Shown: in pieces, positions 47,967 to 58,605 of the stretch
How the letters are laid out: every line of letters starts with the position of its first letter
How positions within the stretch are numbered: position 1 is the first letter of the stretch
Assembly (NCBI GenBank): GCA_964562935.1
Contig: CAZLVJ010000002.1
Location: 844-64,843 of the forward strand
DNA length: 64,000 nucleotides
From: an uncultured Nitrososphaerota archaeon
GTDB taxonomy: Archaea > Thermoproteota > Methanomethylicia > Nezhaarchaeales > WYZ-LMO8
Direction: 5' to 3'
Notes under the pieces: generated by a model
The model's input: the letters and a program-made list of their open reading frames with translations, nothing else
What the model was told of the DNA's origin: nothing
Database searches by the model: none
Made by a program: the position numbers and the translations under genes

Positions 47967-49835
47967 ATGGCAAGCAGTAACCTCTATTGGTGCATGAAGT
48001 GCAACGTCCCTCTGCTCTCAAAGAGATGTGATTTGTGCAACGACAGGAAAGTGATTAAGGAGGTGAAGGTAACCCCGCCAAGTAACGTAAAGCCGATGTT
48101 CGCTGAAGAAAGAAATAGGCTTTGGCGGACAGTGAATGAGCAATACGGCGAAGGTGTAGCACCTCTCATAGCTCCGGACGACAAGATATCATTGCTCAAT
48201 AAGGTACCTCACATAGACGCGGCCTACGAGGTAATAGTCGACGGTCATGTATTAGGCCTTTGGGAATACGATGTAAGAGGAGGGGCGTTTTGCTTCATTC
48301 CCTACATGGAAGGAGCGAGGAGGATGGCCAAGCAAAGAGCGAAAAAGTGGATCTTAGTCGATAGAGGTGCTGAAGAGGCAATAGTAGTGCAAGGAAGGAA
48401 CCTATTGGCGCCAGGCGTTAAAGACTATGATGAGGACATACGTGAGGGGGACTTCGTATACGTGGTAAACGAGGAGTGGAAGGCAATAGCAGTGGGCAAG
48501 ATTGCTAGAGGCTTCAAGCAAAAATTAAGTGAGAGAAGGGGTATGATTGCCAAGATTAGGCGTTTTGCTGAGGCCAAAGACGCGGAGGTATTAGCAAAGA
48601 AGGCCTCGTGGGGCGACGCAGTAGATGCTAATAGAAGTTTTCTCGAAATGATGGAGAGGAAGGCCATAACCTTTATACGAGAGGTCTGCAGAAAGAGCGA
48701 CGACCCCGTGCTTGTGTCTTTTTCTGGAGGTAAAGATAGCTTAGCCACGCTGTTACTCGTCAAAAAAGCCTTAGAAAGCTTGGGTAAAGAGTTTTACGTG
48801 TTGTTCACTGATACTGGAATAGAATATCCTGAGACAATAAACTACATAAAGAGAATCTTAAGGCAATTAAGGCTTGAAGACAAGACGATAAGTGTAAGCT
48901 CGTTCGTAGATTTTTTCAAGGCACTCGATCTCTTCGGCCCTCCAGCCCGAGACTTTAGATGGTGTTGCAAGACCTGCAAGTTAGCGCCTATCGCATATAC
49001 TATAAAGAGCTTGGGAGGCAGGTGCTTAACGTTCATCGGCTTACGTGAGATGGAATCAGCGAAGAGAAGGAGACAGGGCGCTGTGTGGGAAGGCATATGG
49101 GTTAAGGGACAGGTGGGCATCTCCCCGATATACGATTGGAGCACGCTCAACGTGTGGTTATATCTATTTAAAGAGGGGGTCGAGCTAAACCCCTTGTATT
49201 ACAAAGGGCTTGAGCGAATAGGTTGTTGGGTCTGCCCTAGCATGGACTTAGCTGAAATGAGAATAGTCGAAGAAATCATAGGCCCTTCATGGCATGAGTA
49301 TTTAAAGAAAATATCCGAGTCCCTCTCCTTGAGCGAACAGGAAGTGAAGCTAGGCCTGTGGAGGTGGCGCTTTAAGCCCCCTAGGTGGTTGAGGTCGGGA
49401 GAGAAGAAGATGCACAGGAGGCAGGCCAGGTACTTGTACGAGAAAAAGGAGGTTCGAATCGAAAAAGAAGACGATTTTAAGAGATTGCTTAGCATATTAA
49501 AGACCATGTACGAAGTACACGATGAAGGCGGACAAGTGACATTACTGGACAAAGAGAGAAGTATTGCAATTTTAATGAGAGAGAAAGAGAAGATAATTAT
49601 AGAGGCAGAGAGTAGGCATTGGCTTAAAATTTTTAGAGGTACAGCTCGTGCTTTGGCCTGCGTTAAGTGCATGTTGTGTTTTGCTACGTGTCCCAACAAG
49701 GCCATAGAATTAAGGCAAGAGGGTATCGAAGTTTCAACAGAGAAGTGTACAGCTTGCGGTGAATGTAACTACACGTGCCCCGTATGGGCTTACAGCCTAA
49801 AGGCCCCTCATATTGCGAAAAGGTTATTAGAGTAA
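47967..49835 (+). CDS. PAPS-reductase-like PP-loop protein with PUA and 4Fe-4S domains
   Basis: N-terminal zinc ribbon, PUA, SFSGGKDS, RWCCKTCK, RIGCWVCP, C-terminal ferredoxin motifs. Confidence 0.88.
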   Translation: MASSNLYWCMKCNVPLLSKRCDLCNDRKVIKEVKVTPPSNVKPMFAEERNRLWRTVNEQYGEGVAPLIAPDDKISLLNKVPHIDAAYEVIVDGHVLGLWEYDVRGGAFCFIPYMEGARRMAKQRAKKWILVDRGAEEAIVVQGRNLLAPGVKDYDEDIREGDFVYVVNEEWKAIAVGKIARGFKQKLSERRGMIAKIRRFAEAKDAEVLAKKASWGDAVDANRSFLEMMERKAITFIREVCRKSDDPVLVSFSGGKDSLATLLLVKKALESLGKEFYVLFTDTGIEYPETINYIKRILRQLRLEDKTISVSSFVDFFKALDLFGPPARDFRWCCKTCKLAPIAYTIKSLGGRCLTFIGLREMESAKRRRQGAVWEGIWVKGQVGISPIYDWSTLNVWLYLFKEGVELNPLYYKGLERIGCWVCPSMDLAEMRIVEEIIGPSWHEYLKKISESLSLSEQEVKLGLWRWRFKPPRWLRSGEKKMHRRQARYLYEKKEVRIEKEDDFKRLLSILKTMYEVHDEGGQVTLLDKERSIAILMREKEKIIIEAESRHWLKIFRGTARALACVKCMLCFATCPNKAIELRQEGIEVSTEKCTACGECNYTCPVWAYSLKAPHIAKRLLE

Positions 49836-49886
49836 ATAAGTTATCTTAGGCTGAGCCATTCCCAACGCCATGGAGGGGCTGCTAAC

Positions 49887-50618
49887 ATGTTCACGCCACC
49901 AGGGCTGGGGTACGACAGGGCAATAACTGTCTTCTCGCCAGAGGGAAGGTTGTATCAAGTCGAATACGCGCTCGAGGCAGTTAAAAGAGGGTGGACGACT
50001 TTAGGCATAAGATGCAGAGATGGCGTAGTGGTCGCCGTAGAGAAGAAGAGAATATCGCCGCTCGTCGATCCTGAAACTATGGAGAAGATATGGAAAGTGG
50101 ACGATCATGTGGGAATAGCCTATGCCGGATTGGCCTCCGATGGACGTGTCTTGATCGATAGGGCTAGGATAGAGGCACAAATATACAGGCTGATATACGA
50201 TGAGCCCATAGACGTAGAGGTCCTAACACGTCGGATAAGCGACCTCAAGCAACTATACACTCAACACGCAGGAGTTAGACCTTTCGGTGTGTCATTTATA
50301 ATAGCTGGCGTCGATAGAACTGGGCCCAGGCTTTACATGACGGAGCCTAGTGGTGCATACGCAGGCTACTACGCCGTAGTCATAGGTGCTGGCTCACAAA
50401 CGGCCACGGAGATCCTCGAAAAACATTACAGCCAAGGGCTAAGCGTAGAAGACGGTATAATGTTGGCGTTAAAATGCATGGAGGCCGTAGTCGAAGGAGG
50501 GTTAAGCGTAGAGAAAATCGAAATAGCAATAGCCGAAGTCAAGACTGGGCGATTCGATAAGCTAAAGGTCCAGGATGTCAAAGAGTTAATAGAGAAGTTT
50601 AGGGAACGGATGAAATAG
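49887..50618 (+). CDS. psmA: Proteasome alpha subunit
   Basis: YDRAITVFSPEGRLYQVEYA, RPFGVS. Confidence 0.98.
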   Translation: MFTPPGLGYDRAITVFSPEGRLYQVEYALEAVKRGWTTLGIRCRDGVVVAVEKKRISPLVDPETMEKIWKVDDHVGIAYAGLASDGRVLIDRARIEAQIYRLIYDEPIDVEVLTRRISDLKQLYTQHAGVRPFGVSFIIAGVDRTGPRLYMTEPSGAYAGYYAVVIGAGSQTATEILEKHYSQGLSVEDGIMLALKCMEAVVEGGLSVEKIEIAIAEVKTGRFDKLKVQDVKELIEKFRERMK

Positions 50619-50620
50619 TT

Positions 50621-51319
50621 ATGAGTGAGAGCGAACACTCCATAGCAAGGCTCGTCCTCGGATCGGAAAGGTTTGAGATACTTATAAACCCTGAAAAAGC
50701 CTGGCAGATAAAACAAGGAGCGAAAGTCGACGTAAGAGAGGCTATGATAAGCGACGTGATATACAAAGATGCCAAGAAGGGGTTGAGGGCTTCGCGAGAG
50801 GCGCTTCAGAAGACCTTTAAGACCCTCGATCCCTACGAAATAGGCAAGGTCATAATCCAACGAGGAGAGATACAGCTAACAGCTAAGCAAAGAAAAGAGC
50901 TCATAGAAAGCAAGCGTAAGCAAATAATAGCCTATATATCGAGGAACTGCGTCGACTCGAAGACCGGGCTACCATTGCCTCCGACCAGAGTAGAGCTGTT
51001 ATTGGATGAGGTTAAGGTCTCTATAGACCCATTCAAAGATGCTAAAGAACAAGCACTAGAGATAATCAAGGTTCTGAGAACCAAGACCCCCATAAAGATC
51101 TCGAAGACGTTGCTAGAGATAAGGGCTTCTCCACAGCACGCCAGCAAGGTCTACTCTATAGTGCCTCGCTACGGTGAGGTGCTAAAAAGTCAATGGCTGG
51201 GAGATGGCTCTTGGAAGGGCGAGGTAGAGGTCCCCGCCGGATTGCAGTTAGAACTTATTGATAAGCTCAATAAAATGACACAAGGAGACATTGAAATCAA
51301 GGTTGTAAGCAAGAGTTGA
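50621..51319 (+). CDS. Ribosome maturation factor SBDS/Sdo1
   Basis: RFEILI, IYKDAKKG.RAS, GEIQLT, VPAGLQ. Confidence 0.95.
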   Translation: MSESEHSIARLVLGSERFEILINPEKAWQIKQGAKVDVREAMISDVIYKDAKKGLRASREALQKTFKTLDPYEIGKVIIQRGEIQLTAKQRKELIESKRKQIIAYISRNCVDSKTGLPLPPTRVELLLDEVKVSIDPFKDAKEQALEIIKVLRTKTPIKISKTLLEIRASPQHASKVYSIVPRYGEVLKSQWLGDGSWKGEVEVPAGLQLELIDKLNKMTQGDIEIKVVSKS

Positions 51320-52014
51320 GGTTCATGCCCATTTACGTTAAGGATTGGGACGTCGTAGTCCCAGGAGAGCTCTTGGCGGAGGGAGACTACACAGCTGGCC
51401 CCTATGTGTACAAGGAGGGCAACAAGCTGTTCGCCACCACTATTGGGATCGTGGAGAGCAAGAGGGGGGTCATAAGGGTGGTACCATTGCAGGGACCTTA
51501 CATACCTAAGGTAGGCGACGTAGTCATAGGGATCGTCGTGGATTATTTGCCCACGGCCTACGTGCTCGACATAAACTCTTCATACAAGGCCATACTACAA
51601 GCTGCAGAGGTATTACCTCCTCAGAAAAACGCGTTAACCGAAGATCTATCTAAGTATTTGGATGTAGGGGATGCCGTCGTGTGCAAAGTCGTGAGATTTG
51701 ATAGGTACTCAGATGCCATAGTTTCTTGCAAGGGTAGGGAGTTGGGTAAGGTAACTGATGGGAGGCTCATCAGAGTTAGCCCCGCTAAAATACCAAGGCT
51801 TATAGGCAGGAAGGGCTCTATGATAAATCTGGTTAAAAAAGAGACGGGATGTAAAATAGTGACAGGACAAAACGGCTTCATATGGATAAAGGGCAAAGAC
51901 CCGACATCGGAACTCTTGGCGGAAAGAGTCATAAGGAAAATCGATGAGGAGGCCCACATAAGTGGGCTTACACAACGCATTCAGCTCATGTTACAATTGG
52001 AAAGGAGGGGTTGA
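51316..52014 (+). CDS. rrp4: Exosome subunit Rrp4
   Basis: VVPGELL, YIPKVGDVVIG, PRLIGRKGSMI, GQNGFIW. Confidence 0.96.
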   Translation: MRFMPIYVKDWDVVVPGELLAEGDYTAGPYVYKEGNKLFATTIGIVESKRGVIRVVPLQGPYIPKVGDVVIGIVVDYLPTAYVLDINSSYKAILQAAEVLPPQKNALTEDLSKYLDVGDAVVCKVVRFDRYSDAIVSCKGRELGKVTDGRLIRVSPAKIPRLIGRKGSMINLVKKETGCKIVTGQNGFIWIKGKDPTSELLAERVIRKIDEEAHISGLTQRIQLMLQLERRG

Positions 52015-52020
52015 CGTCTG

Positions 52021-52776
52021 TTGAGTATGGGGGGCAAGGAGCTCGTACTAATAACCCCTGATGGGAGGAGGCTTGACGGAAGAAGGCCAGACGAAATAAG
52101 GGAGATCAAAATAAAGGTCGGGATACTGGAGAATGCCGATGGCTCCGCTTACGTTGAACAGGGCCATACTAAAGTTTATGCAGCTGTTTACGGACCGCGC
52201 GAGGTACATCCTAGACATTTGGCCCTGCCCAATAGAGCTGTCATAAGATGTAGATACCACATGACCCCTTTTTCGGTTGAAGAGAGGAAGTCGCCCGCGC
52301 CCACGAGAAGAGAGATAGAACTATCAAAGGTGATAAGAGAGGCATTGACTCCGGCAATCATTGTGGAACAATTTCCATCCTCGGCAATTGATGTCTTTAT
52401 AGAGGTGATCAACGCGGATGGTAGTACTCGTTGCGCAAGTATAATTGCAGCATCTGTCGCATTAGCATCGGCGGGCATACCTATGAGGGATCTAGTGGCG
52501 GCATGCTCTATTGGCAAGATAAATGGTGTGCTCGTCCTCGACGTTACTGACATCGAGGACAAGTATGGAGAAGTGGACATGCCCTTTGCTATGATGCCTA
52601 ATCGAAACGAGATAACTCTATTCCAATTGGATGGAGTACTAACTCTCGAGGAAATCGAGAAGGCAATTTCCATGACCACCAAAGCTTGCAAGGAGATATA
52701 TGAGAGACAGAAGAGCGCTCTGAAGGAGAAGTACATCGAGTTACGAAAAGCAATCGAGGAGGGCGGTAAGGCGTGA
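52021..52776 (+). CDS. rrp41: Exosome exonuclease Rrp41
   Basis: [33 protein letters not shown]. Confidence 0.96.
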   Translation: MSMGGKELVLITPDGRRLDGRRPDEIREIKIKVGILENADGSAYVEQGHTKVYAAVYGPREVHPRHLALPNRAVIRCRYHMTPFSVEERKSPAPTRREIELSKVIREALTPAIIVEQFPSSAIDVFIEVINADGSTRCASIIAASVALASAGIPMRDLVAACSIGKINGVLVLDVTDIEDKYGEVDMPFAMMPNRNEITLFQLDGVLTLEEIEKAISMTTKACKEIYERQKSALKEKYIELRKAIEEGGKA

Positions 52777-53579
52777 TGCCAAAACTGAAGAAGCAGCAAA
52801 TAATGGATCTCCTTTCGTCTGGAAGGAGGATTGACGGAAGAGGGCTAGAGGACCTAAGGCCTGTAGAAATTAGATGTCGAAGTGTAAAGAACGCCGAGGG
52901 CTCGGCCGAGGTTAGACTTGGCAAGACTTTGGCAATAGCAGGAGTGAAGACGAGCGTAGGGACGCCCTTCGCCGATGCCCCAGACATGGGGGTGATGATA
53001 GTTAACGCTGAGTTCCTCCCAATAGCATCGCCAACATTTGAGCCGGGTCCTCCTGACGAAAATGCTATAGAATTGGCAAGGGTCATAGACAGAGGCCTGA
53101 GAAGAGCTGAGATGATAGACTTAAAACAACTTTGCATAGTCCCTGGCAAGGCTGTCTGGGAGGTATGGATCGACATTCATGCTCTGAACCACGATGGCAA
53201 CCTCATGGACGCTTCGGCCCTAGCAGCTGTAACAGCCATTTTAACAGCAGAGATACCCAAAGCCGTAGTGAGCGAAAAGGGCGAGGTGACGATTAACAAG
53301 AGCGAAAGACAAAAGTTGCCCATAAAGAGCATACCTATCACGGTCACGGTCGCTAAAATAGGTGATAAGCTGGTTGTCGATCCAAGCTTGGACGAAGAAG
53401 AGGTCTCAGACTCATTTTTGACAGCAACTTTCGTGGGTGACAATGTCTACGCCGTCCAAAAGAGGGGGGAGAAAGGTTTAACTGTAGAGGAGACTATGAG
53501 GGCTCTTCAAATAGCAAGGCAAAAGGCTCGTGAGCTCCTCAAGATAGTTAAGGAGGTCGTAGGCAGTGGGCAGGACTAA
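52773..53579 (+). CDS. rrp42: Exosome subunit Rrp42
   Basis: [37 protein letters not shown]. Confidence 0.96.
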   Translation: MMPKLKKQQIMDLLSSGRRIDGRGLEDLRPVEIRCRSVKNAEGSAEVRLGKTLAIAGVKTSVGTPFADAPDMGVMIVNAEFLPIASPTFEPGPPDENAIELARVIDRGLRRAEMIDLKQLCIVPGKAVWEVWIDIHALNHDGNLMDASALAAVTAILTAEIPKAVVSEKGEVTINKSERQKLPIKSIPITVTVAKIGDKLVVDPSLDEEEVSDSFLTATFVGDNVYAVQKRGEKGLTVEETMRALQIARQKARELLKIVKEVVGSGQD

Positions 53580-53793
53580 GAAGGTCAAAACTGCTGGCAG
53601 ATTTGGAGCAAGATATGGAGCAACAATAAGGAAGAAGGTGGCAGAGATAGAGGCAATGATGAGGGGCCCTCACAAGTGTCCTTACTGCTATTCGGTGGGC
53701 AAGGTAAAGCGTAAGGCCGTGGGCATATGGTATTGCAGGAAGTGCAAGGCAATCTTCAGCGGAGGGGCCTATGTGCCGAGAACTGGGCTATGA
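53566..53793 (+). CDS. rpl37ae: 50S ribosomal protein L37ae
   Basis: GRFGARYGATIRK, CPYC, GIWYCRKC..GGAY. Confidence 0.97.
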   Translation: MGRTKKVKTAGRFGARYGATIRKKVAEIEAMMRGPHKCPYCYSVGKVKRKAVGIWYCRKCKAIFSGGAYVPRTGL

Positions 53794-54353
53794 GAGAGCC
53801 TCCGCTCAGCGTTAAGTACGTGATATCAACATGTCTTAGGCCTTCGAGGAGACTGCGCACTTTTGGACGAGATTTATCGCATGCGCTAATTAATGGCTAT
53901 TATATAACTCGAGGGAAGAGGAGATTGCTAGATCTAAAGGGATTGGCTTTAAGCTTCAAAGCCTCAAGATTAGTCATAATTCAAGCGAAGAGGGGTAACC
54001 CCAGCAAGTTGGATTTTTACGATGCGACTCTTGAAGGAGTGCCACTACTAGGTTCACTGCTCGTATCGGGCGTAAAACTTGTTAGAGAGCAGAAACACGC
54101 TACACGAGCCCCTCGACAAGCAAGGCTTGTCGTCCATTACGATCTCGAGGTCATACCTCCTGAGGTGAGGCGAGAAGTTATGCTGATTCCCACGTTATTT
54201 GATTTGGGGGTCAGTACAACAGAGGACGATAGGTGGGTCTTGAGAATTTCGTGGACTGAGAGAGGCCTTGAGATCTCATTTATCGACAGAGACCGAGCTT
54301 TGTCGTTTGGCCCAGTTATAAGGGTGAGGCGAGTTGTCTTATCAACAACATAG
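53790..54353 (+). CDS. Brix/Imp4-domain ribosome biogenesis protein
   Basis: ST..RPSRRLRTF, RGK, GNP, GP; conserved position; ATGA overlap with rpl37ae. Confidence 0.85.
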   Translation: MREPPLSVKYVISTCLRPSRRLRTFGRDLSHALINGYYITRGKRRLLDLKGLALSFKASRLVIIQAKRGNPSKLDFYDATLEGVPLLGSLLVSGVKLVREQKHATRAPRQARLVVHYDLEVIPPEVRREVMLIPTLFDLGVSTTEDDRWVLRISWTERGLEISFIDRDRALSFGPVIRVRRVVLSTT

Positions 54354-54618
54354 CGCAAAGATAGTCATTAGAGGTGAGGAGTGCGGGCTCAACATATTGT
54401 TCTCAGCTCTCAAACCCGAGTGCGAAGAGAAGGGTAGAGGTTTTTCTGCCGAGATGGTCATCGACGGGGAAAAGTTAATAATAAAATTGAGCGCTAAGAG
54501 CTTGAGTAGGTTAAGAGCGGTAACGAACTCGTACTTGAGGTGGATAAAGTCAATATTTGAAATCGTTGAGAGTGGTGAGGTATATGCAAACGCAGATCCC
54601 ACCCGAAGTACAGCATAA
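54334..54618 (+). CDS. pcc1: KEOPS complex subunit Pcc1
   Basis: ALKPE, LSRLRAVTNSYLRW. Confidence 0.88.
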   Translation: MSYQQHSAKIVIRGEECGLNILFSALKPECEEKGRGFSAEMVIDGEKLIIKLSAKSLSRLRAVTNSYLRWIKSIFEIVESGEVYANADPTRSTA

Positions 54619-54937
54619 GATAATGCAGTTGCAGGAATTGCAGGAGAGAATTAGGGCACTGGTCTTGCGAAGACAACAGCTCGAAGTAGAGCTAAGAGAC
54701 GTCGAGAACGCGCTAGACGAACTTAAAAATGTCAGTGAGGACGTGTCCATTTTTAAGTTCGCCGGGAGGATATTGATGCGTGTGAGCAAGGACGCCATAG
54801 TCAAGGAGCTGACAGAGAAGAAAGAGACACTAGAGTTGCACATAAAGACCTTGGAAAGACAAGAAGCTCACGCTAAGAAGAGGTTAGAAGAGCTCAGGCA
54901 AGACTTGAGCCAGAAGCTGAGGGGCATATCAATGTAG
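54584..54937 (+). CDS. pfdB: Prefoldin beta subunit
   Basis: IPPEVQ, coiled coils, IFKFAGRILM hairpin. Confidence 0.93.
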   Translation: MQTQIPPEVQHKIMQLQELQERIRALVLRRQQLEVELRDVENALDELKNVSEDVSIFKFAGRILMRVSKDAIVKELTEKKETLELHIKTLERQEAHAKKRLEELRQDLSQKLRGISM

Positions 54938-54959
54938 ATGGGCTTATACGAGATAAAAA

Positions 54960-55259
54960 ATGTCTAGCGTTGAGGAGGTGCTCAGAAGAGTTCATGAGGC
55001 AGCTATAAAACATTTGATGAGTCTCCTGCGACCTGAGGAGCTTATAGACGCAAATGTCTCGCTATCCTTTGAGAGCGGCGTCCTGAACGTCGAGGTCGAA
55101 GTGCATTTACATGAGGCAAGTCTGAAGAGGCCTAACGAGATAGCCAGGCAAGTCACACAATACGTAATTGATCTATTCGATAGCATGTGGAGGGAGGCTC
55201 TTGAAAGAGGTACTCCTAATAAAGATGATAAGAGGGGTTGGCAAGATAGTCATAACTAG
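54960..55259 (+). CDS. DUF3194-like hypothetical protein
   Basis: Size and conserved position between pfdB and the DHH gene. Confidence 0.55.
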   Translation: MSSVEEVLRRVHEAAIKHLMSLLRPEELIDANVSLSFESGVLNVEVEVHLHEASLKRPNEIARQVTQYVIDLFDSMWREALERGTPNKDDKRGWQDSHN

Positions 55260-56196
55260 TCACCAGAATAGTGATGTCGATGCCGTGCTAAGTTGCTATG
55301 TCGCTAAGAAGATCATCGACAAACTCAACCCACGGGCTACAGTCGATATAATAACGCCTGGGATGAACCTTCAAGCAAGAAGAGTTGCTGAAAGCCTGGG
55401 GATCGCGGCCCAAATACTAGAAAAGGACTCTCTTCCCGAATACGAGCTATGCCTAATGATAGACGTCAACAATTTAACACATATAGGCGTCCTGAGGAAT
55501 TATATAACACGAGATAAACCAGTGGCAATAATAGACCACCACAGGCCTTCGATCAACATACCCCCTAACGCTTTGTCGATAATAGACGAGAAGGCCGTAG
55601 CAACAGCAGAAGTCCTATGTGACGTCTTGATCGGCCTAGATTTAAAGCCGACGAGAGAAGAGGCGCAATGCCTGTTGATCGGCATACTATCAGATTCTAG
55701 GAGGTTGCTCATAGGGACCGAGAAGACGTTACGAGACGTCGCTTTTCTTTTGTCCCACGGGGCTTCGTTGCCCGAGGCCATAGCCACTCTCAGCATACCA
55801 ATGAGCTACTCTGAGAGAATAGCGAGACTGAAAGCTTCGCAAAGAGCGACTCTGTACTCCCTAGGTCAGTGGATAATAGCCGTTTCAAATGTGGGTTCGT
55901 ACGAGGCTTCAGCGGCGAGAGCGCTAATCGATTTAGGTGCTGACTTGGCCGCCGTCTGCAATGAGCTCGATAGCGAGGTTAGGCTGTGTGCCAGAGCTAA
56001 CGAAGAGTTCGTTAGGGGTACCAACATGCACCTTGGAGAGGAGCTGGAAAGGCTAGGTTCGCTGATGTCTGGTTCGGGTGGGGGCCACGCCAGCGCTGCT
56101 TGTGTTACCGCCCCAAGGCAATGTAGTGAAGTCATAAATGAATTTCTCGCGCTCGTGAGCAATAAGTTAAGGTTGCCCCTCAAGAAAATAGACTAA
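55201..56196 (+). CDS. DHH-family phosphoesterase
   Basis: SHQNSDVDA, IIDHH, GILSDS, GGGH. Confidence 0.9.
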   Translation: MKEVLLIKMIRGVGKIVITSHQNSDVDAVLSCYVAKKIIDKLNPRATVDIITPGMNLQARRVAESLGIAAQILEKDSLPEYELCLMIDVNNLTHIGVLRNYITRDKPVAIIDHHRPSINIPPNALSIIDEKAVATAEVLCDVLIGLDLKPTREEAQCLLIGILSDSRRLLIGTEKTLRDVAFLLSHGASLPEAIATLSIPMSYSERIARLKASQRATLYSLGQWIIAVSNVGSYEASAARALIDLGADLAAVCNELDSEVRLCARANEEFVRGTNMHLGEELERLGSLMSGSGGGHASAACVTAPRQCSEVINEFLALVSNKLRLPLKKID

Positions 56197-56236
56197 GAAT
56201 AGAGCAATAGAGCTAAATGGCAAGGTAAGTAAAAGA

Positions 56237-57874
56237 TCATGAATCTGGAGAGCTACGATCTTCAAGCGACTTCATTGCTTCCTCAAAGCTTCTCGCTACA
56301 ACCTTTTTGTCATAGCCCACGTCAATTACATCCCACGGAGCCTTCTCCCCTGGCTTTAAGAAAACCTCTGGCATGAGTCTTGTCATAGCGGCCCACGACC
56401 TTAACCTTAGCTCCGCTAGCCTCACCAAGCAGGAGGCCAACTTCTCATCCCCAAGAGATAGGACAGCTTGGAAAGCAGCTCTATGAGGGTTTAGGACCTC
56501 AAGCCTGACCCTAGGGCCTTTAAAAAGTTTGAAATATCGTCTGTAGCTCTCCTTTACCTTGTTTGGCTTGGGCGGAGGAAGCCATTGAAAGGGGATGTGC
56601 GCCTTAGGTATCAGAGGGTTCATAGATATGTGGAGCGTGGCCCTACCCTTGGTTACGATTTTAAGAATTTTCTTAAATAGCTGAGAACTACTCTCCATAT
56701 CTTCCTTGGGTAGGCACGTGATCAGGTAAAACTTTATCTCTGTAAAGCCTTTGTCCACTGCCATCTCCACGACATTTTCCAACACTTCATCGTCGTAAGC
56801 CTTGCCCAAAAAAGCTCTATCCGCTTTAGACAGAGACTCCACTCCAAGAGTTATGGTCTTCTGGCCTCCTCTCTTAATGAGTTCGAGGAGCTCATCATCG
56901 ATGACGTCAGGTCTAAGAGATGGTATGGATAGACCGAGGTTTCTCGATAATACTTCTGCACATACGTCCTTAAACCAAGGAACATCAAATATGCCTGTAC
57001 CTATGAGGGCCACGCGATTGGCCTTACTCCTTGAGAGACCTTCGTCTAGCAAGTCCTTTATCTTGCTTAAGCTCCTATACCTGAGGGGGCCATTAGTCCA
57101 AGACACGAGGCAAAACCGACATCTCCTATTACATGATCGAGAAACCTCCAAGCAGAATGCGTTGGCGAAGAGGGGGTCGATGAGCGCATCAGCGCCCGCT
57201 GTGGTGAGTTGAGCTAATATGTGGGGCGCTTGGTCGAGGTTTGGGGCTAGGCACCTTTCCACTCTCTCCTTGCCGTAGCAGTAAACGGACTTTAAATTGC
57301 TCATCTCCTCCAACTTCCTCCTTTTACTCATCTTCGACTTCAAGATCTCTAGCAAGTCGCTGAGGCAAGGCTCTAATTCACCTACGAAGACGCAATCGAC
57401 GATCTTTGACACAGGTAACGGGTTAGCCGACACGGCTTGGCCACCAGCGATTATCACAGGATCCGCTTGACTGCGCTTCTCTGCCATGGGATTTATGCCA
57501 GCATTTAAGAGCATTTTCACCATGTTCACGTAGTCCTCTTCGTATTGAAGGGTAAAGGCGATAACGTCGAAGTCCCTCAGCTCTGCCCCGCTCTCAATGG
57601 TTCTAAGAGGTTCGGCGAGGAAACATCGCTCGCATAATACTTCGTCATCGAGATTGAAGAGGTAGTAGAGCTGTTGAACTGTTAGCCCAGTCATCCCTGC
57701 TTTGTAGACGTTTGGATAACAAAGAACTATCTTCAGTTTGCTCCTCTGCCAATTCTTCCTTATCACGTTGTACTCAAGAAAATCCACTTTCTTCACTGAG
57801 TACATTCTCGAGGCTCTCCCTACTCGAACTGAAGCCGTGTTGACATTTAAATACAGAGTATGTCGCCAGGACAC
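56237..57874 (-). CDS. Radical SAM protein with N-terminal B12-binding-like domain, function unknown
   Basis: YPNVYKAGM, IAGG, EVSRSCNRRCRFC, SLR, FQW. Confidence 0.85.
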   Translation of the reverse strand: MSWRHTLYLNVNTASVRVGRASRMYSVKKVDFLEYNVIRKNWQRSKLKIVLCYPNVYKAGMTGLTVQQLYYLFNLDDEVLCERCFLAEPLRTIESGAELRDFDVIAFTLQYEEDYVNMVKMLLNAGINPMAEKRSQADPVIIAGGQAVSANPLPVSKIVDCVFVGELEPCLSDLLEILKSKMSKRRKLEEMSNLKSVYCYGKERVERCLAPNLDQAPHILAQLTTAGADALIDPLFANAFCLEVSRSCNRRCRFCLVSWTNGPLRYRSLSKIKDLLDEGLSRSKANRVALIGTGIFDVPWFKDVCAEVLSRNLGLSIPSLRPDVIDDELLELIKRGGQKTITLGVESLSKADRAFLGKAYDDEVLENVVEMAVDKGFTEIKFYLITCLPKEDMESSSQLFKKILKIVTKGRATLHISMNPLIPKAHIPFQWLPPPKPNKVKESYRRYFKLFKGPRVRLEVLNPHRAAFQAVLSLGDEKLASCLVRLAELRLRSWAAMTRLMPEVFLKPGEKAPWDVIDVGYDKKVVARSFEEAMKSLEDRSSPDS

Positions 57875-57894
57875 AAAGGTTGGAAATCGAAAGC

Positions 57895-58512
57895 CTAAGC
57901 CAATTGTTGAAGGACGCTTGCCTCTTCGCTTTCAGGCGGCACTTGGAGGAGCTTACTCTTCAATGCTTCGACTTTTCTTAGCGGGTATATCTTCTTAGCT
58001 TTATTGTAGGCGTCGGACGAAATCTTCCCTAGAACTAGTTCTTGAACGAAGTCCTCGAAGCTTAATTGCGACGCCCTCTCCTCCACCACCTGCTTCATTA
58101 TTGCTCTTATAGCGGACTTCTGAGAGGTCTTGGCTCTCTTCACCGTCACGGCTAACATGAACACCCTCAATCGATATCCGTCCTTGGTCTCGATGTCGAA
58201 GATGGCGTCCACTCTCGAGGAGCCTCTTCTAATTAAGCTCCTCACGTAGTCCCTAGCGAGTTCATGTCCTTTGAAGATGGTGTACGCTTTATCACCTTCG
58301 ACCTTAATTATCTGGAAGCGCAACTTCATGTGTTGATGTGAAAAGTCGTTTGTAATGCTGTAGAGAGTGGTCCAAAGGGTCCTCCTAATGACTTTTGTAG
58401 GCGAAGACGTCATAGTCTTGCCTAGTTCGACGAACCCGAAGTACTTGGGCGCTAGTATGGTTATCCATGCCTTAGGTTGCGTCTTTATTGCTTTTACCTT
58501 CTTTGAGGACAC
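57895..58512 (-). CDS. rps3ae: 30S ribosomal protein S3Ae
   Basis: WITILAPKYFG, FKGHELARDYVRSL, KIYPLRKVE. Confidence 0.96.
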   Translation of the reverse strand: MSSKKVKAIKTQPKAWITILAPKYFGFVELGKTMTSSPTKVIRRTLWTTLYSITNDFSHQHMKLRFQIIKVEGDKAYTIFKGHELARDYVRSLIRRGSSRVDAIFDIETKDGYRLRVFMLAVTVKRAKTSQKSAIRAIMKQVVEERASQLSFEDFVQELVLGKISSDAYNKAKKIYPLRKVEALKSKLLQVPPESEEASVLQQLA

Positions 58513-58605
58513 TCATAGCCACCTCTTACGTGCATTTGCTAAGCGCTTTTCACGATGTCGCTTAAAGCATAGAGACGACAATTTAAACCTTTTCATTAAC
58601 AGCCG

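Noticed and set aside
52188..53176. Long antisense ORFs (203 and 192 aa) and similar shadow ORFs elsewhere
   Set aside because: They lie opposite well-conserved genes (rrp41/rrp42 etc.), lack motifs, and have the Ser/Phe/Leu-rich composition typical of antisense frames.
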